A stretch of DNA of 64,000 nucleotides, taken from an uncultured virus (IMG/VR IMGVR_UViG_3300049793_000365) (Duplodnaviria; Heunggongvirae; Uroviricota; Caudoviricetes). Position numbers and translations under genes: made by a program. Of the stretch, positions 1 to 9,466 are shown piece by piece. Location of the stretch: IMG/VR virus record IMGVR_UViG_3300049793_000365. One strand, 5' to 3'. The notes beneath the pieces are model-generated. The model ran no database searches, was not told the origin of the DNA, and saw nothing but the letters and a program-made list of their open reading frames with translations. The number at the start of each line of letters is the position of its first letter. Position 1 is the first letter of the stretch.

Positions 1-1079
1 TCGCACTCGTGACAATCGAATGTACCTTCACCAGAACACTCAGAACAATTAATTTCACCGCGACCATCACAATCATCACAATCAATTGTACCTTCACCAT
101 CACATGGACCGCAATTAACAGTTGAGCTACCACCGCATGACTCACAAGAGCCATTACCACCATCGGTATCTTCTAATTTATATGTATAATCAAGTGAGTC
201 ACTATTTGATAGTTTACCATCATACGGTGAGTAATATTTAAGAGTATCTAAATATGGATAGTAACTGAATTCACCATGATATTCTAATTCAACAACTATG
301 ATACCTGGTTCAATGCTGTTACCATCAACTTCTCTTGATTCACCCTCAACGGCTACACCATCTTTAAGTATATTCGTATATTCAGAGCTATCTTGTTCTT
401 CTTTGTATATGTAACCATTTTGTTCAGCAAATTTAATAAACAGGTTTACATCAGAATCGTTTATTGTATAGACTCTATCCATAAATTTTCTACCATCAAT
501 ATCAGTCCATAATAATGCTCTTGCTCGAATTCTATCGCTATCATTCTTATAAACTATTAATGATACTTGATTTGGATTCTTAGTGTAAATATCAAAATAC
601 TTTTGACACTTTTTATATCTCATACAAGAGCCAAGAAGTGAACCACCTTCTCCTAAATCATAGTTATCTTCATCGTATGCTGATTTTATCTCTTCACCAC
701 TTAGTATTTCAAAGAATTCAAAAGCATCACCTTTTATTATCTTAACATTCGACTTAAAATCATTAACGAATAATTCTATATCTCTATCAGTTGTTTCTAT
801 ACCAACTTTATCTAATAATCTCTTAGCAAACCTACCAATTTTAATCTCACTTCTTTTATCATTCTTACTGTTTTCCGGTTTAAATGAGATAATATCATCC
901 TTAGATGTTATATTGATATAATTAGTATTAACATCCACTTCTGTATTGTTCAATTTAAGAATTTCATCAGCAAGTGGTGACTTCATATTTATAAGAATAT
1001 CTCTGAAATCGTTGGAATATGTCAATTTAGCTTCTAAAAGAAGCTGTTCTGTGATGAATTCGTAATATGGACTAATCAT
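1..1079 (-). CDS. Partial ORF (runs off the left edge): paralog of 6310..7689 with C-terminal CxxCxGxG zinc-finger repeats and N-terminal leader MISPYYEFITEQLLLE
   Basis: Manual translation from ATG at 1079; shares SCMRY, RALLW, FMDRVYT, YPYLDTLKYY and GGNGSCESCGG with 6310..7689; absent from the ORF track because it is truncated. Confidence 0.85.
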   Translation of the reverse strand, partial: MISPYYEFITEQLLLEAKLTYSNDFRDILINMKSPLADEILKLNNTEVDVNTNYINITSKDDIISFKPENSKNDKRSEIKIGRFAKRLLDKVGIETTDRDIELFVNDFKSNVKIIKGDAFEFFEILSGEEIKSAYDEDNYDLGEGGSLLGSCMRYKKCQKYFDIYTKNPNQVSLIVYKNDSDRIRARALLWTDIDGRKFMDRVYTINDSDVNLFIKFAEQNGYIYKEEQDSSEYTNILKDGVAVEGESREVDGNSIEPGIIVVELEYHGEFSYYPYLDTLKYYSPYDGKLSNSDSLDYTYKLEDTDGGNGSCESCGGSSTVNCGPCDGEGTIDCDDCDGRGEINCSECSGEGTFDCHEC

Positions 1080-1110
1080 TGAAGTCTGGTTCGTTTTTAC
1101 TATATATAAA

Positions 1111-1142
1111 TTTGCAAATTTGCCTATGAATCCGTATATTTA
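1111..1142 (+). promoter_or_regulatory. Bacteroidota-type promoter variant
   Basis: TTTG 1111-1114, 20-nt spacer, TATATTTA 1135-1142, ATG at 1147. Confidence 0.55.
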
Positions 1143-1146
1143 CGCT

Positions 1147-1713
1147 ATGGAAAACGAGGATATCAAATTCATCAAAAACTTTATCACAAGCGAGTTAGCA
1201 AATAATCTATTCACATCATTAATGTCCACCATTGAATGGCACAAGACACTATTGAATATGAAAGATGAACCAGTTGAGATAAATCGAAGAATGGCATATG
1301 TTTATGATACTCCAGTAATCTATAAATATGCTGGGTTACAGTTACAAGGTGCCACTTGGACTGATGAATTATTCTCTATTAAAACTATATTGGAAGATAA
1401 GACTGGGTATAAGTTTAACTCAGTTTTATTGAATCTATATGAGACTGGTAAAGATGAAATTAGATGGCATTCCGATAAGGAACCACAGTTGGGCGAGAAG
1501 CCAGTTATTGCTTGCTTAAACCTTGGAGCAGGTAGAACATTTCACTTCGCTAAAAAGGGTGAGAAAGACAGCAAAATAGGCTACTTTGTTGAGAATGGTG
1601 ACTTGTTAATTATGCTTGAAGATTGTCAAGATAAATGGTTACACGCAATCTTACCAGAGAAGTCAATAAAAGAACCAAGAATATCACTAACATTCAGGTG
1701 GGTATATGAGTAA
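1147..1713 (+). CDS. alkB: AlkB-family 2OG-Fe(II) dioxygenase (ALKBH2/3-like)
   Basis: NSVLLNLY..G.D.IRWHSD.E, HAI and PRISLTFR motifs; start moved to 1147 behind the promoter. Confidence 0.9.
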   Translation: MENEDIKFIKNFITSELANNLFTSLMSTIEWHKTLLNMKDEPVEINRRMAYVYDTPVIYKYAGLQLQGATWTDELFSIKTILEDKTGYKFNSVLLNLYETGKDEIRWHSDKEPQLGEKPVIACLNLGAGRTFHFAKKGEKDSKIGYFVENGDLLIMLEDCQDKWLHAILPEKSIKEPRISLTFRWVYE

Positions 1714-2011
1714 TATAAAACTTGTAAATATTAAGAAAGAACCTAAAGAATCGTATGATTTATACATAGGTCGTATCAATAGATGGCTTAATCTTCCTCA
1801 AAGTAAATGGCACAACCCATTTTTTATGAAGAACGAAGGGCAGAGAACGACTGTTTTGAAATTATATGAAGAACACATTAGGTCGAGACCAGATTTAATA
1901 GCGGCTTTACCTGAGTTAGAAGGTAAGGTACTTGGTTGTTATTGTGCGCCGAAGAGGTGTCACGGTAATGTGTTGATTGACCTATACGAAGAGTTCGTAG
2001 AAGGTAAGTAA
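1706..2011 (+). CDS. DUF4326-like protein
   Basis: YIGR, SKWHNPF, L.GKVLGCYCAPKRCHGNVL motifs. Confidence 0.8.
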   Translation: MSNIKLVNIKKEPKESYDLYIGRINRWLNLPQSKWHNPFFMKNEGQRTTVLKLYEEHIRSRPDLIAALPELEGKVLGCYCAPKRCHGNVLIDLYEEFVEGK

Positions 2012-2060
2012 ATTAGGTAAATTAATAAAAAAATAGTATATTTATCCAAAATTAAAGGAC

Positions 2061-2774
2061 ATGAAAGAAATACTTAAGAAATACATCCCAGGTTTACATA
2101 CGATAATTAAAATTACTGAAGATGAAGAGGAATATAATGTTCATCACATTTACTTCAACCCAGCACATCGTCAGAAATATGATGATACATACGTTCGACT
2201 TTCTAAAGATAGGTTAAAGGGCGATATGCGCGATTATAAATTAGATGATATTCTTTCTTTCGGTTTAAGCTTAGAAGAAGAGGATTCATTTGATGTTGAA
2301 TCGGTTATCTATAACGAAGAACAGAGAAAGAAATTAGATGAACTTCGTAAGAATAAATCAGTAACAGTACACGTTCGTAAATTAATTAACGAACTGAGAA
2401 AAGAATACACCGAACAGTTCAGAGTTGGGGATCCGGTGTTCTATAAAAACACACCAGGTAATATTACCTTCAAACACGAAGATAAAGACAACTCACTTAC
2501 TCGATGGACTGTGAAGATAAAAGACATTGAGTATCGCTATGTGTGTGGTTTAGAAATCGGTAAACGAAAAGTGGAAGATTTATCACACATACCTGTTGAT
2601 GAAAAGCTAAACAAGTTATCAACAGAGAAGCTTTTGAAGATGTATAAGCGCAGTCGTGTTAAAGGCGTTGGTAATCCTCTTATAAAGAGAATACTAAACG
2701 AAAGAGAACACGTTAAACTAACAGACGAAAAAGTTGTTATTGTTTCATCAGATTATATAAGTAATATTCGTTAA
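2061..2774 (+). CDS. Hypothetical protein with an internal RDYKLDDIL motif
   Basis: 237-aa ORF. Confidence 0.7.
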   Translation: MKEILKKYIPGLHTIIKITEDEEEYNVHHIYFNPAHRQKYDDTYVRLSKDRLKGDMRDYKLDDILSFGLSLEEEDSFDVESVIYNEEQRKKLDELRKNKSVTVHVRKLINELRKEYTEQFRVGDPVFYKNTPGNITFKHEDKDNSLTRWTVKIKDIEYRYVCGLEIGKRKVEDLSHIPVDEKLNKLSTEKLLKMYKRSRVKGVGNPLIKRILNEREHVKLTDEKVVIVSSDYISNIR

Positions 2775-2788
2775 TAAAAACTAACAAA

Positions 2789-2986
2789 ATGTTCAATTGG
2801 TTTAAAAATATTTTCAGTAATTTTGAATTTGACCCATTTGGTTTAAATGCAAGAAGAGACTCGTATTATAATCTTGATGAAATAATGAATCAAGATATAA
2901 ACGATGGATTCAAAAAGGACAGAGAAGCATTAGCTTCTGACTGGAGTGCTGTTATGGGTGATTTAAAGAACGCTACTAAAAAATGA
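2789..2986 (+). CDS. Hypothetical protein
   Basis: ORF in a co-oriented run. Confidence 0.6.
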   Translation: MFNWFKNIFSNFEFDPFGLNARRDSYYNLDEIMNQDINDGFKKDREALASDWSAVMGDLKNATKK

Positions 2987-3252
2987 GAATATACTACACT
3001 ACTGAATTATCTTCCTCTATGAGAAGACTGGCACTATTCACTGATATCATTCAGCACATAGCACAGTGTAACTTTGATAACAATGCAAGCACATTAAATG
3101 ACATCAGTGAATATGTTGATAAAAGAATATCAGGATTCACTGTGCATAAATTGGAACTAAAAGTAAATGATGATTTATTAACTGTTGAGAATGCAGTATC
3201 TCGCGATGTTGTACTTCGCGTTAGAGCTTTTACTGCTTTACAATTAAATTAA
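2983..3252 (+). CDS. Hypothetical protein
   Basis: ATGA overlap with the upstream stop. Confidence 0.6.
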   Translation: MRIYYTTELSSSMRRLALFTDIIQHIAQCNFDNNASTLNDISEYVDKRISGFTVHKLELKVNDDLLTVENAVSRDVVLRVRAFTALQLN

Positions 3253-3577
3253 TCTTGTGTTCTCTCACGAATGCTTTTAATTCGTTTTCACACTTTATAA
3301 TATCTTCTTTTGTTATACCAGAATGGTTATCCAAAGCTAGTTTGAAATTATAATAAGTATCAGTAGTGATTTCTTTTAAATCATGTGAGTTGTCACTATT
3401 ATCAAATGGTGTAGGACAAGAGCATCCTGAGTCAGAATCCCACCATATTGTTTTATCATCGAGCTTTTCCCAAACAACTAGCATATTAAATTCATACGAA
3501 TCAGCAGTATCTATATCATAGATAATTCTTAATCCGCATTTTTCTGGTGAGTAGTATGGGTTATTATCAAATTTCAT
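3230..3577 (-). CDS. Hypothetical phage protein (DSGCSCP motif)
   Basis: ORF coupled to the upstream gene. Confidence 0.65.
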   Translation of the reverse strand: MKFDNNPYYSPEKCGLRIIYDIDTADSYEFNMLVVWEKLDDKTIWWDSDSGCSCPTPFDNSDNSHDLKEITTDTYYNFKLALDNHSGITKEDIIKCENELKAFVREHKINLIVKQ

Positions 3578-3579
3578 TT

Positions 3580-4284
3580 CTATTGTTTTCTTTTTGGTGG
3601 ATCTGGGTTTCTAAATGACCATTTATCAAATCCTTTACTTTCTATTTTATTCTTCTCTGATATTTCAACAATTGGCTTTTCAGATATTCCTAATACACCT
3701 GAAATATAAGAGTATATATCTTGATATGCTGTGTAGACATCTTTTCTTGTTACGAAGTTGTAGTTTTTTAAAATTGGATTTAACGTCAATTCTATTTTTC
3801 TACTGCGTAGACTTTCTGTGTTCTCCAAAACAAATATCGGAATTGGCTTACCAGTTTCCTCTTTCAGCTTAATGAAGAAATCATCAATCTTTTGTTCCTC
3901 TGCCTTCTTAATGGTTTCGATATTGAATTCTCTCCAACCCCAATAGTAATATTTTTTCTTCTTAGAGTGAAACTTATCATAAAGACCTTGTACATCATAA
4001 CTAAGATGCTTTTCTTTTGTTTCTGGATCGACCCATGTATAACCATAGTAAACGCTACCACAAAATCCAACTAAGAAGAAATGGTATTCAATATCACCGA
4101 ATGTTTGATACATTGGTAAGGTGAATGGTAATTTGATTGATAGCTCTTTAGCTTTCAATTCATTGGAACCCCACTGTGATGTCACATCATACGTTACGGT
4201 ATCGCGATTGTAAACGCATGACTTATCAACACCCATGTTTTGAACAGTGTCGTAATAGTCTTTATAATCTGATACAATAAGCAT
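3580..4284 (-). CDS. Hypothetical phage protein
   Basis: 234 aa; KDYYD start and GFDKWSFR end. Confidence 0.7.
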   Translation of the reverse strand: MLIVSDYKDYYDTVQNMGVDKSCVYNRDTVTYDVTSQWGSNELKAKELSIKLPFTLPMYQTFGDIEYHFFLVGFCGSVYYGYTWVDPETKEKHLSYDVQGLYDKFHSKKKKYYYWGWREFNIETIKKAEEQKIDDFFIKLKEETGKPIPIFVLENTESLRSRKIELTLNPILKNYNFVTRKDVYTAYQDIYSYISGVLGISEKPIVEISEKNKIESKGFDKWSFRNPDPPKRKQ

Positions 4285-4289
4285 ATAAT

Positions 4290-4817
4290 TTAGTATAAAA
4301 TGTTTTTTATATATTTTGGTGGTACAAATTCCGTTAAATACACACCGTTATTCGATATGTAAAATTTATATCCATCCAGAGTCATTTGTTTTGTGTTAAT
4401 TACTAAAATAACACTCTTACCTTTTCGCGAACCGACATTCTTTGCGGTATCTTCATCCTTTGATAGATGAACATGAAGCCTTGACATTTTACTGATACCT
4501 TCTTTCATAATAATTTCAGATGTATCAACTGCGGTGCCGTGAAATAATTCATCTGGTGCTTCCACCTCGGTAAGCTGAACATCAACTTCCATTGAATGTC
4601 CTTGTCTTGCTCTGATTCTAATTTCGTGAGTATCGAACTCAAATCGTTTTTTGTTGTTTTCTTCAACAACTTGATTTAACTCTGATTTACTTATACCTAC
4701 CTTCTTTAGTAGAGCAGACACTTGAACCCAGCCATTTTTATCGACTGCTAAATCTTCTGGTTCATGCCTAAGTAGTTTAGAGATATATTTACTCTTTTTG
4801 GTTAATTCTTTATCCAT
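4290..4817 (-). CDS. kptA: RNA 2'-phosphotransferase, KptA/Tpt1 family
   Basis: SKLLRH, KKRFE, IRARQGHS, LFHGT, HVHLS and NGVYLT motifs; TATATTTG at 4829-4822. Confidence 0.93.
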   Translation of the reverse strand: MDKELTKKSKYISKLLRHEPEDLAVDKNGWVQVSALLKKVGISKSELNQVVEENNKKRFEFDTHEIRIRARQGHSMEVDVQLTEVEAPDELFHGTAVDTSEIIMKEGISKMSRLHVHLSKDEDTAKNVGSRKGKSVILVINTKQMTLDGYKFYISNNGVYLTEFVPPKYIKNILY

Positions 4818-4840
4818 GTCGCAAATATATGGAGAAAATG

Positions 4841-5074
4841 TTATATTTCCTCGGATTCTTCACCTAAATTATCCTGTTCGAATTCAGCTTCTTCTATATC
4901 AGAAGCAATTTCCTCCGAATTTTTATTACTATTAAGTAAATCTTTATGTTTCTCCATCATTTCAGTAGCCATTTTATTAGTATAACCAAGTGAAATTAGT
5001 GCTGATGTTATCGTTTCTGTGCTTGTATTCTCTACATTCTCATTGAAAGTAGCAAATCTTCTTAAATTTCTCAT
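4841..5074 (-). CDS. Small acidic protein with capsid-targeting-like leader (MRNLRRFATFNE)
   Basis: Leader motif; AATATATA just upstream. Confidence 0.65.
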   Translation of the reverse strand: MRNLRRFATFNENVENTSTETITSALISLGYTNKMATEMMEKHKDLLNSNKNSEEIASDIEEAEFEQDNLGEESEEI

Positions 5075-5187
5075 ATTCTATATATTAATTCCGGATATAA
5101 ACATATATTTGTTGATAATTTGTTTACAAATGATTGTATTGTTTGGATTTTTACAATACATTTGTCAAAATTTAAATACTATTCTAT

Positions 5188-5472
5188 ATGAAAATTAGAA
5201 TTAAAAATGGTCAAAAGACAAAGTTTGTAAACGGTGAATTAATGAGCGAACAGCTTATTAGTAATATACGTGACGACATGAGAGGCTTTGCGGTTAAAGG
5301 CTTAGATAAGGTCTACATGGTTGAACGCTTTCAAATTTCTTTCAAATCTGATGAAGAAGACATGATTACAGATATGGATATTATGAATGTATCTAATCCA
5401 ACTGAGTCTATGGATCAAGACGACTTTAACCGTTTGATTGATGGTGTTATGCCGGTTAATCTAAGCGTTTAA
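5188..5472 (+). CDS. Hypothetical protein
   Basis: Preceded by TACATTTG 5157-5164. Confidence 0.65.
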   Translation: MKIRIKNGQKTKFVNGELMSEQLISNIRDDMRGFAVKGLDKVYMVERFQISFKSDEEDMITDMDIMNVSNPTESMDQDDFNRLIDGVMPVNLSV

Positions 5473-5638
5473 GTAGTGTAAACTTCTCAACTTCGGTTTG
5501 ACATTTATCACATCTTAGATATATTTTCCCAAATTTAATTTCGTTGTACTTGTAAACGCCAGATTTACATGAGCCACAAAGTTTTCCAGTGTTATCGTAT
5601 TTGAGAAAATCACCTACGTAATCAGAGTTATGCGTCAT
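5456..5638 (-). CDS. Small zinc-ribbon protein
   Basis: CGSC...CDKC. Confidence 0.55.
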   Translation of the reverse strand: MTHNSDYVGDFLKYDNTGKLCGSCKSGVYKYNEIKFGKIYLRCDKCQTEVEKFTLLKRLD

Positions 5639-5773
5639 TCCTTTATTGCTGTTTTTTATTACTAATTGCTTATCTACACAATAGCAAATTTAGTGATAAC
5701 GAAACTAAATTGATTAATTATTTAATGTTGTTTATCAACATTGACTTACAATCTCTGCGTCTTAGAATTGGTG

Positions 5774-6211
5774 CTATATGTAGCTCATTTTTTCATACTT
5801 TTCAACAATATCATTGAATTCTTTTTCGAAAATTATATTCAATGGTATTTCACCTGATTCTGCGAACATCTTAGCCATATCTTCTGCGCTATAACTGTTG
5901 AGATTTACACCTTTTGTTGTATAAACTACATAAAAGTCTAACAGTGATGTTTTAGCATAGCTATATAACTTTCTCATTTCTTCTTTTATTTGCTCAGGAG
6001 TTCTACTTGGGTGTACTCTCTTGGTTAAATCTTTTGTTATAATAGCCCAACTACTACCTTGTAAGCCAGAAGCAACGCCATATATAGCACCAAAGCGTCT
6101 CAATGCTATTAGAGCCGAGCCTTTCCCATGTCTACCTTGCGTATTTGAACCAAATACGAATACGCCATGTGGTGGTAAATTGTTAATTACTCCTTGATAA
6201 GTTTTTCTCAT
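5774..6211 (-). CDS. Phage protein of the VFVFGSN..G.HG.G.A family (A1S_2505-like)
   Basis: VFVFGSNTQGRHGKGSA..A...FGA.YG...G.QG motif. Confidence 0.7.
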   Translation of the reverse strand: MRKTYQGVINNLPPHGVFVFGSNTQGRHGKGSALIALRRFGAIYGVASGLQGSSWAIITKDLTKRVHPSRTPEQIKEEMRKLYSYAKTSLLDFYVVYTTKGVNLNSYSAEDMAKMFAESGEIPLNIIFEKEFNDIVEKYEKMSYI

Positions 6212-6309
6212 ACACAAAAACAATCGTACTGATAAAACATATACGATATGATATTCAGTATATTAATTTTTTAACCGAGAGTTTTATCTCTTTTATTTCC
6301 GAGTCTAAT

Positions 6310-7689
6310 ATGATATTTTCTCAAGATTTAATTAAAGTATTATCCAAGATGGATAACAGCATCGCAATTGACTTTCTTTCACTTAGCGGAAAAGATATTG
6401 AAACTAATTATGACCACTTAGACTTAGTAAGTGATAAGGTAGATGTGTTGTCATTTATCCCTTCTAGTAAAATAAATAAAGCAGATACCAATAAATTCAT
6501 CATTGAGTCTAATGGATTTACTTATACAACCTATACTGAAATGTTTAGGCACTTTGGAATGTCTAAAGGGGAATATTCCTGTTTACCAAATGGTGTTGTT
6601 GGTAGAATTGCAAACTCAAGCAGAGTTCATAGTAGAGAGATAGTACATTTTATTGCAGATGATGGTGGTGAGTGTGTAATCGCAAAAGAAGGTTTATCAC
6701 CAATTGGAATAACTCACAAAAGAAATGAAATAAAAACTGGTAAACTTGTCAGGAAAATATTATCATCAATTGGAAAAGAAATATCTGATAAAGATTTAGA
6801 AAAATTTGTTAATGATTTCAAAGCTGGTATTGCTATATCGAGAGATATCTTCTCTGACTTCGAATTAGTAAAAGGTGAAGATATTAGACATTGGTATTTA
6901 GAAGAAAACTATGAAGATGGTGGTGGTTCCTTGAATAAATCATGTATGCGATATTCACAGTGCGGTAAATACCTTGATATCTATTGTAAAAACACGGATA
7001 AAATAAGTCTATTGATTCTTAAAGAGTCGCATAATAAAATATCAGGTAGAGCATTGGTTTGGAAGGTAGATAAACCAGAAGATGTTATCTTCATGGATAG
7101 AATATACACTAAGTCTGACTCAGATGTAGAGCTATTTAAGAAGTATGCTACAAGTAAGGGTTGGGTTTTTAAATCTGAACAGAATGCCGAACCAAAGTAT
7201 ATAAACAATTACTCTAAATATTTAGAAGTTTCTCTAAACCCAACTGACTATGGTCATTATCCCTACATGGATACCTTGAAATATTATAGACCATCAACGG
7301 GTATAATTCACAATAACGAAAAAGGTTCATTTGAATATACTCTTGAAGAAACAACTGGTGGTAATGGCTCTTGTAGTTCTTGTGGTGGCTCAGGGCATCA
7401 TCTTTGTGATGAGTGTAATGATGGTCAAGAAACGTGTCACCGTTGTGATGGTGATGGCCGAGCAACTTGTGATGAATGTGATGGTAGTGGTGATGTTAAT
7501 TGTGACGAGTGTGATGGTGATGGTACTGATGGTGAGGGAAAAGATTGCTCAATTTGTAGCGGAAATGGGACAATTCGGTGTGTAGAATGTGAGAATGGGC
7601 AAAGCACTTGTACTCGATGTGATGGGACCGGAAACACAAGCTGTGATAATTGCAGTAATGGTCAAATCCAATGTAGTAACTGTAACTAA
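6310..7689 (+). CDS. Hypothetical protein with C-terminal DnaJ-like CxxCxGxG zinc-finger repeats; paralog of 1..1079
   Basis: About ten CxxC units at the C-terminus; shared motifs with the left-edge ORF. Confidence 0.8.
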   Translation: MIFSQDLIKVLSKMDNSIAIDFLSLSGKDIETNYDHLDLVSDKVDVLSFIPSSKINKADTNKFIIESNGFTYTTYTEMFRHFGMSKGEYSCLPNGVVGRIANSSRVHSREIVHFIADDGGECVIAKEGLSPIGITHKRNEIKTGKLVRKILSSIGKEISDKDLEKFVNDFKAGIAISRDIFSDFELVKGEDIRHWYLEENYEDGGGSLNKSCMRYSQCGKYLDIYCKNTDKISLLILKESHNKISGRALVWKVDKPEDVIFMDRIYTKSDSDVELFKKYATSKGWVFKSEQNAEPKYINNYSKYLEVSLNPTDYGHYPYMDTLKYYRPSTGIIHNNEKGSFEYTLEETTGGNGSCSSCGGSGHHLCDECNDGQETCHRCDGDGRATCDECDGSGDVNCDECDGDGTDGEGKDCSICSGNGTIRCVECENGQSTCTRCDGTGNTSCDNCSNGQIQCSNCN

Positions 7690-7991
7690 TTGGTAATAAG
7701 TGCATTACTTATAAATGTTGCAAGTTTCACTCATTTGGTTGACAAACTATTCTGTCGGTATTATATTTGTATTATGATTTTTTAACATATTTTAAATTCT
7801 GGCTTAATATTTGAATATTAGCTATTTAGTATAGAAGACTTGAACTAATATACTATATTTGAATCATAACTTATTGTATATCAATTACTTAGAAGGATTA
7901 TTTGAAATTAAATTAGAGGATTAAAGTCAATAAATTTCGGATGATAAAATTACTTAAAACCTTCTCTCACAATAATAAATGATGAAAATAA

Positions 7992-8023
7992 TTTGGATTG
8001 TTTAATAAAAAGTTATATCTTTG
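7992..8023 (+). promoter_or_regulatory. Bacteroidota sigma-type promoter
   Basis: TTTG 7992-7995, N20, TATCTTTG 8016-8023. Confidence 0.75.
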
Positions 8024-8031
8024 TACAATAA

Positions 8032-8310
8032 ATGGAAAGAGCATTAACTATAGACGTAGCAATTGATATCATTTCAAAATTTGATTTTCAAAAGGTGAGA
8101 AATTACCTATTGACTCAGAATGATGTTGCTCCTACTTTAGAGGAAATGCGCTCTACAGCTTTACTTGTTCTACAAAGAGCTATTGATAACGGAGATAGTT
8201 GTCACAATGTAAGTAGTGGTGGTTTTCACGCCTACAAACTTGATAATAAACTCCTTTATTTAATGTTTAGTATAGAAACGAAATCACTAATAGATGAAAA
8301 AATCAGTTGA
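8032..8310 (+). CDS. Hypothetical phage protein
   Basis: FDFQKV...SSGGF pattern; promoter upstream. Confidence 0.7.
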   Translation: MERALTIDVAIDIISKFDFQKVRNYLLTQNDVAPTLEEMRSTALLVLQRAIDNGDSCHNVSSGGFHAYKLDNKLLYLMFSIETKSLIDEKIS

Positions 8311-8650
8311 AAAAGTAGAGAATCTGTATTTTAGAGCTTTTAAAAAGGATCAAAAGTACTTTATAAAAGCCACTAAAGGCGTTCATCAATGGTTGGTTGA
8401 AATACTTCAAGAGAAGAAGTATAAGATGGACAGAATTAACTCAGTGTTGTATTACGCACAAGTATTAAACAGTCAACGACTGTCTTCTGAAAACTTCGAA
8501 GAAATTGACGAGGCTTTCGACCCAGAAATTCAAACAGCGGAAATATCTTCTCAGAAGGATCTTAAATATTTCATAGACATTGATAACAATGGTTTTGATG
8601 CTATGGCTGAATCATACTCAATTTTCAAAAATAACTATCGAGTTAATTAA
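8294..8650 (+). CDS. Hypothetical protein
   Basis: Overlapping operon-like ORF. Confidence 0.65.
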   Translation: MKKSVEKVENLYFRAFKKDQKYFIKATKGVHQWLVEILQEKKYKMDRINSVLYYAQVLNSQRLSSENFEEIDEAFDPEIQTAEISSQKDLKYFIDIDNNGFDAMAESYSIFKNNYRVN

Positions 8651-8994
8651 TGAGTAACAATTCTGATAGAATTAAGAAAGAGTTATCAGAAGAAGAGAAC
8701 GATTTCAAAGCGTTCGGATTACACTGTAAACTTATCAGAGAAGAACGTTCAGATAAATTTGAAGATAGTTACCTACCTAAGCTAAAAGATTCGTTTAAAG
8801 TAGCTTTTGATGCGAATATGGGTAAATACTCTATTAGTACCGATGATGGAATTGTAGACTTTTATCCAAAAGCAAATAAACTTCTCATACGCAAGAGCAA
8901 CAAGTGGGTTAAGCCTGGTCTTAAATGGTTGTTGACTAACTTGTTGACTAAATCTCAAGCAAGAGATACACAAATCAATAAAATTTTAGATTAA
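8650..8994 (+). CDS. Hypothetical protein with C-terminal RDxKI tag (RDTQINKILD)
   Basis: ORF; terminal motif. Confidence 0.7.
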   Translation: MSNNSDRIKKELSEEENDFKAFGLHCKLIREERSDKFEDSYLPKLKDSFKVAFDANMGKYSISTDDGIVDFYPKANKLLIRKSNKWVKPGLKWLLTNLLTKSQARDTQINKILD

Positions 8995-9429
8995 AGAGAA
9001 TACACGTTTAAGTGTATAATCACGATATTCACGTTTGGTTGATATCGGCTTTGAAAAGATGCTTGTAAGTCTTTTCTTTTCTATACTCGTTGAGAAGAAG
9101 GGGAAATTTATAACCTCTGAATCAAATATACCATTCTTAACTTTCTCAATAAGAGCATCTGGTACTTTATGTAGAACTTTTATATTTTTGACCTCAAGAC
9201 AATTAGTTCCGTCATGTATATTCATCATGTAGTCTAATTTTCGATACGACTCTTTTATCAACCCATGCTCCAAATCTTTAACACTCAATTCTAAAAGGTC
9301 ATCCAATATCACTGAGCTATAATAGTGTACCCAGTAAGAGTTATCCCATGTTGGTTTGGTATCAACGTATTTAATTCTGATAAATCCTTGTGATTGGTCT
9401 TGAAAGAAATATATTTCGTCTTTACGCAT
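8986..9429 (-). CDS. Hypothetical protein with C-terminal tag (RDYTLKRVF)
   Basis: ORF behind promoter 9465-9434. Confidence 0.65.
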   Translation of the reverse strand: MRKDEIYFFQDQSQGFIRIKYVDTKPTWDNSYWVHYYSSVILDDLLELSVKDLEHGLIKESYRKLDYMMNIHDGTNCLEVKNIKVLHKVPDALIEKVKNGIFDSEVINFPFFSTSIEKKRLTSIFSKPISTKREYRDYTLKRVFSLI

Positions 9430-9433
9430 AATA

Positions 9434-9465
9434 CAAATATAGTAAATTCCGGATGATAATGCAAA
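9434..9465 (-). promoter_or_regulatory. Bacteroidota sigma-type promoter
   Basis: TTTG-N20-TATATTTG on the minus strand. Confidence 0.75.
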
Positions 9466-9466
9466 T

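Noticed and set aside
7214..7705. His-rich and Val/Met-rich ORFs in alternative frames
   Set aside because: Shadows of the TGT-GAT-GGT repeats encoding the CxxCxG array
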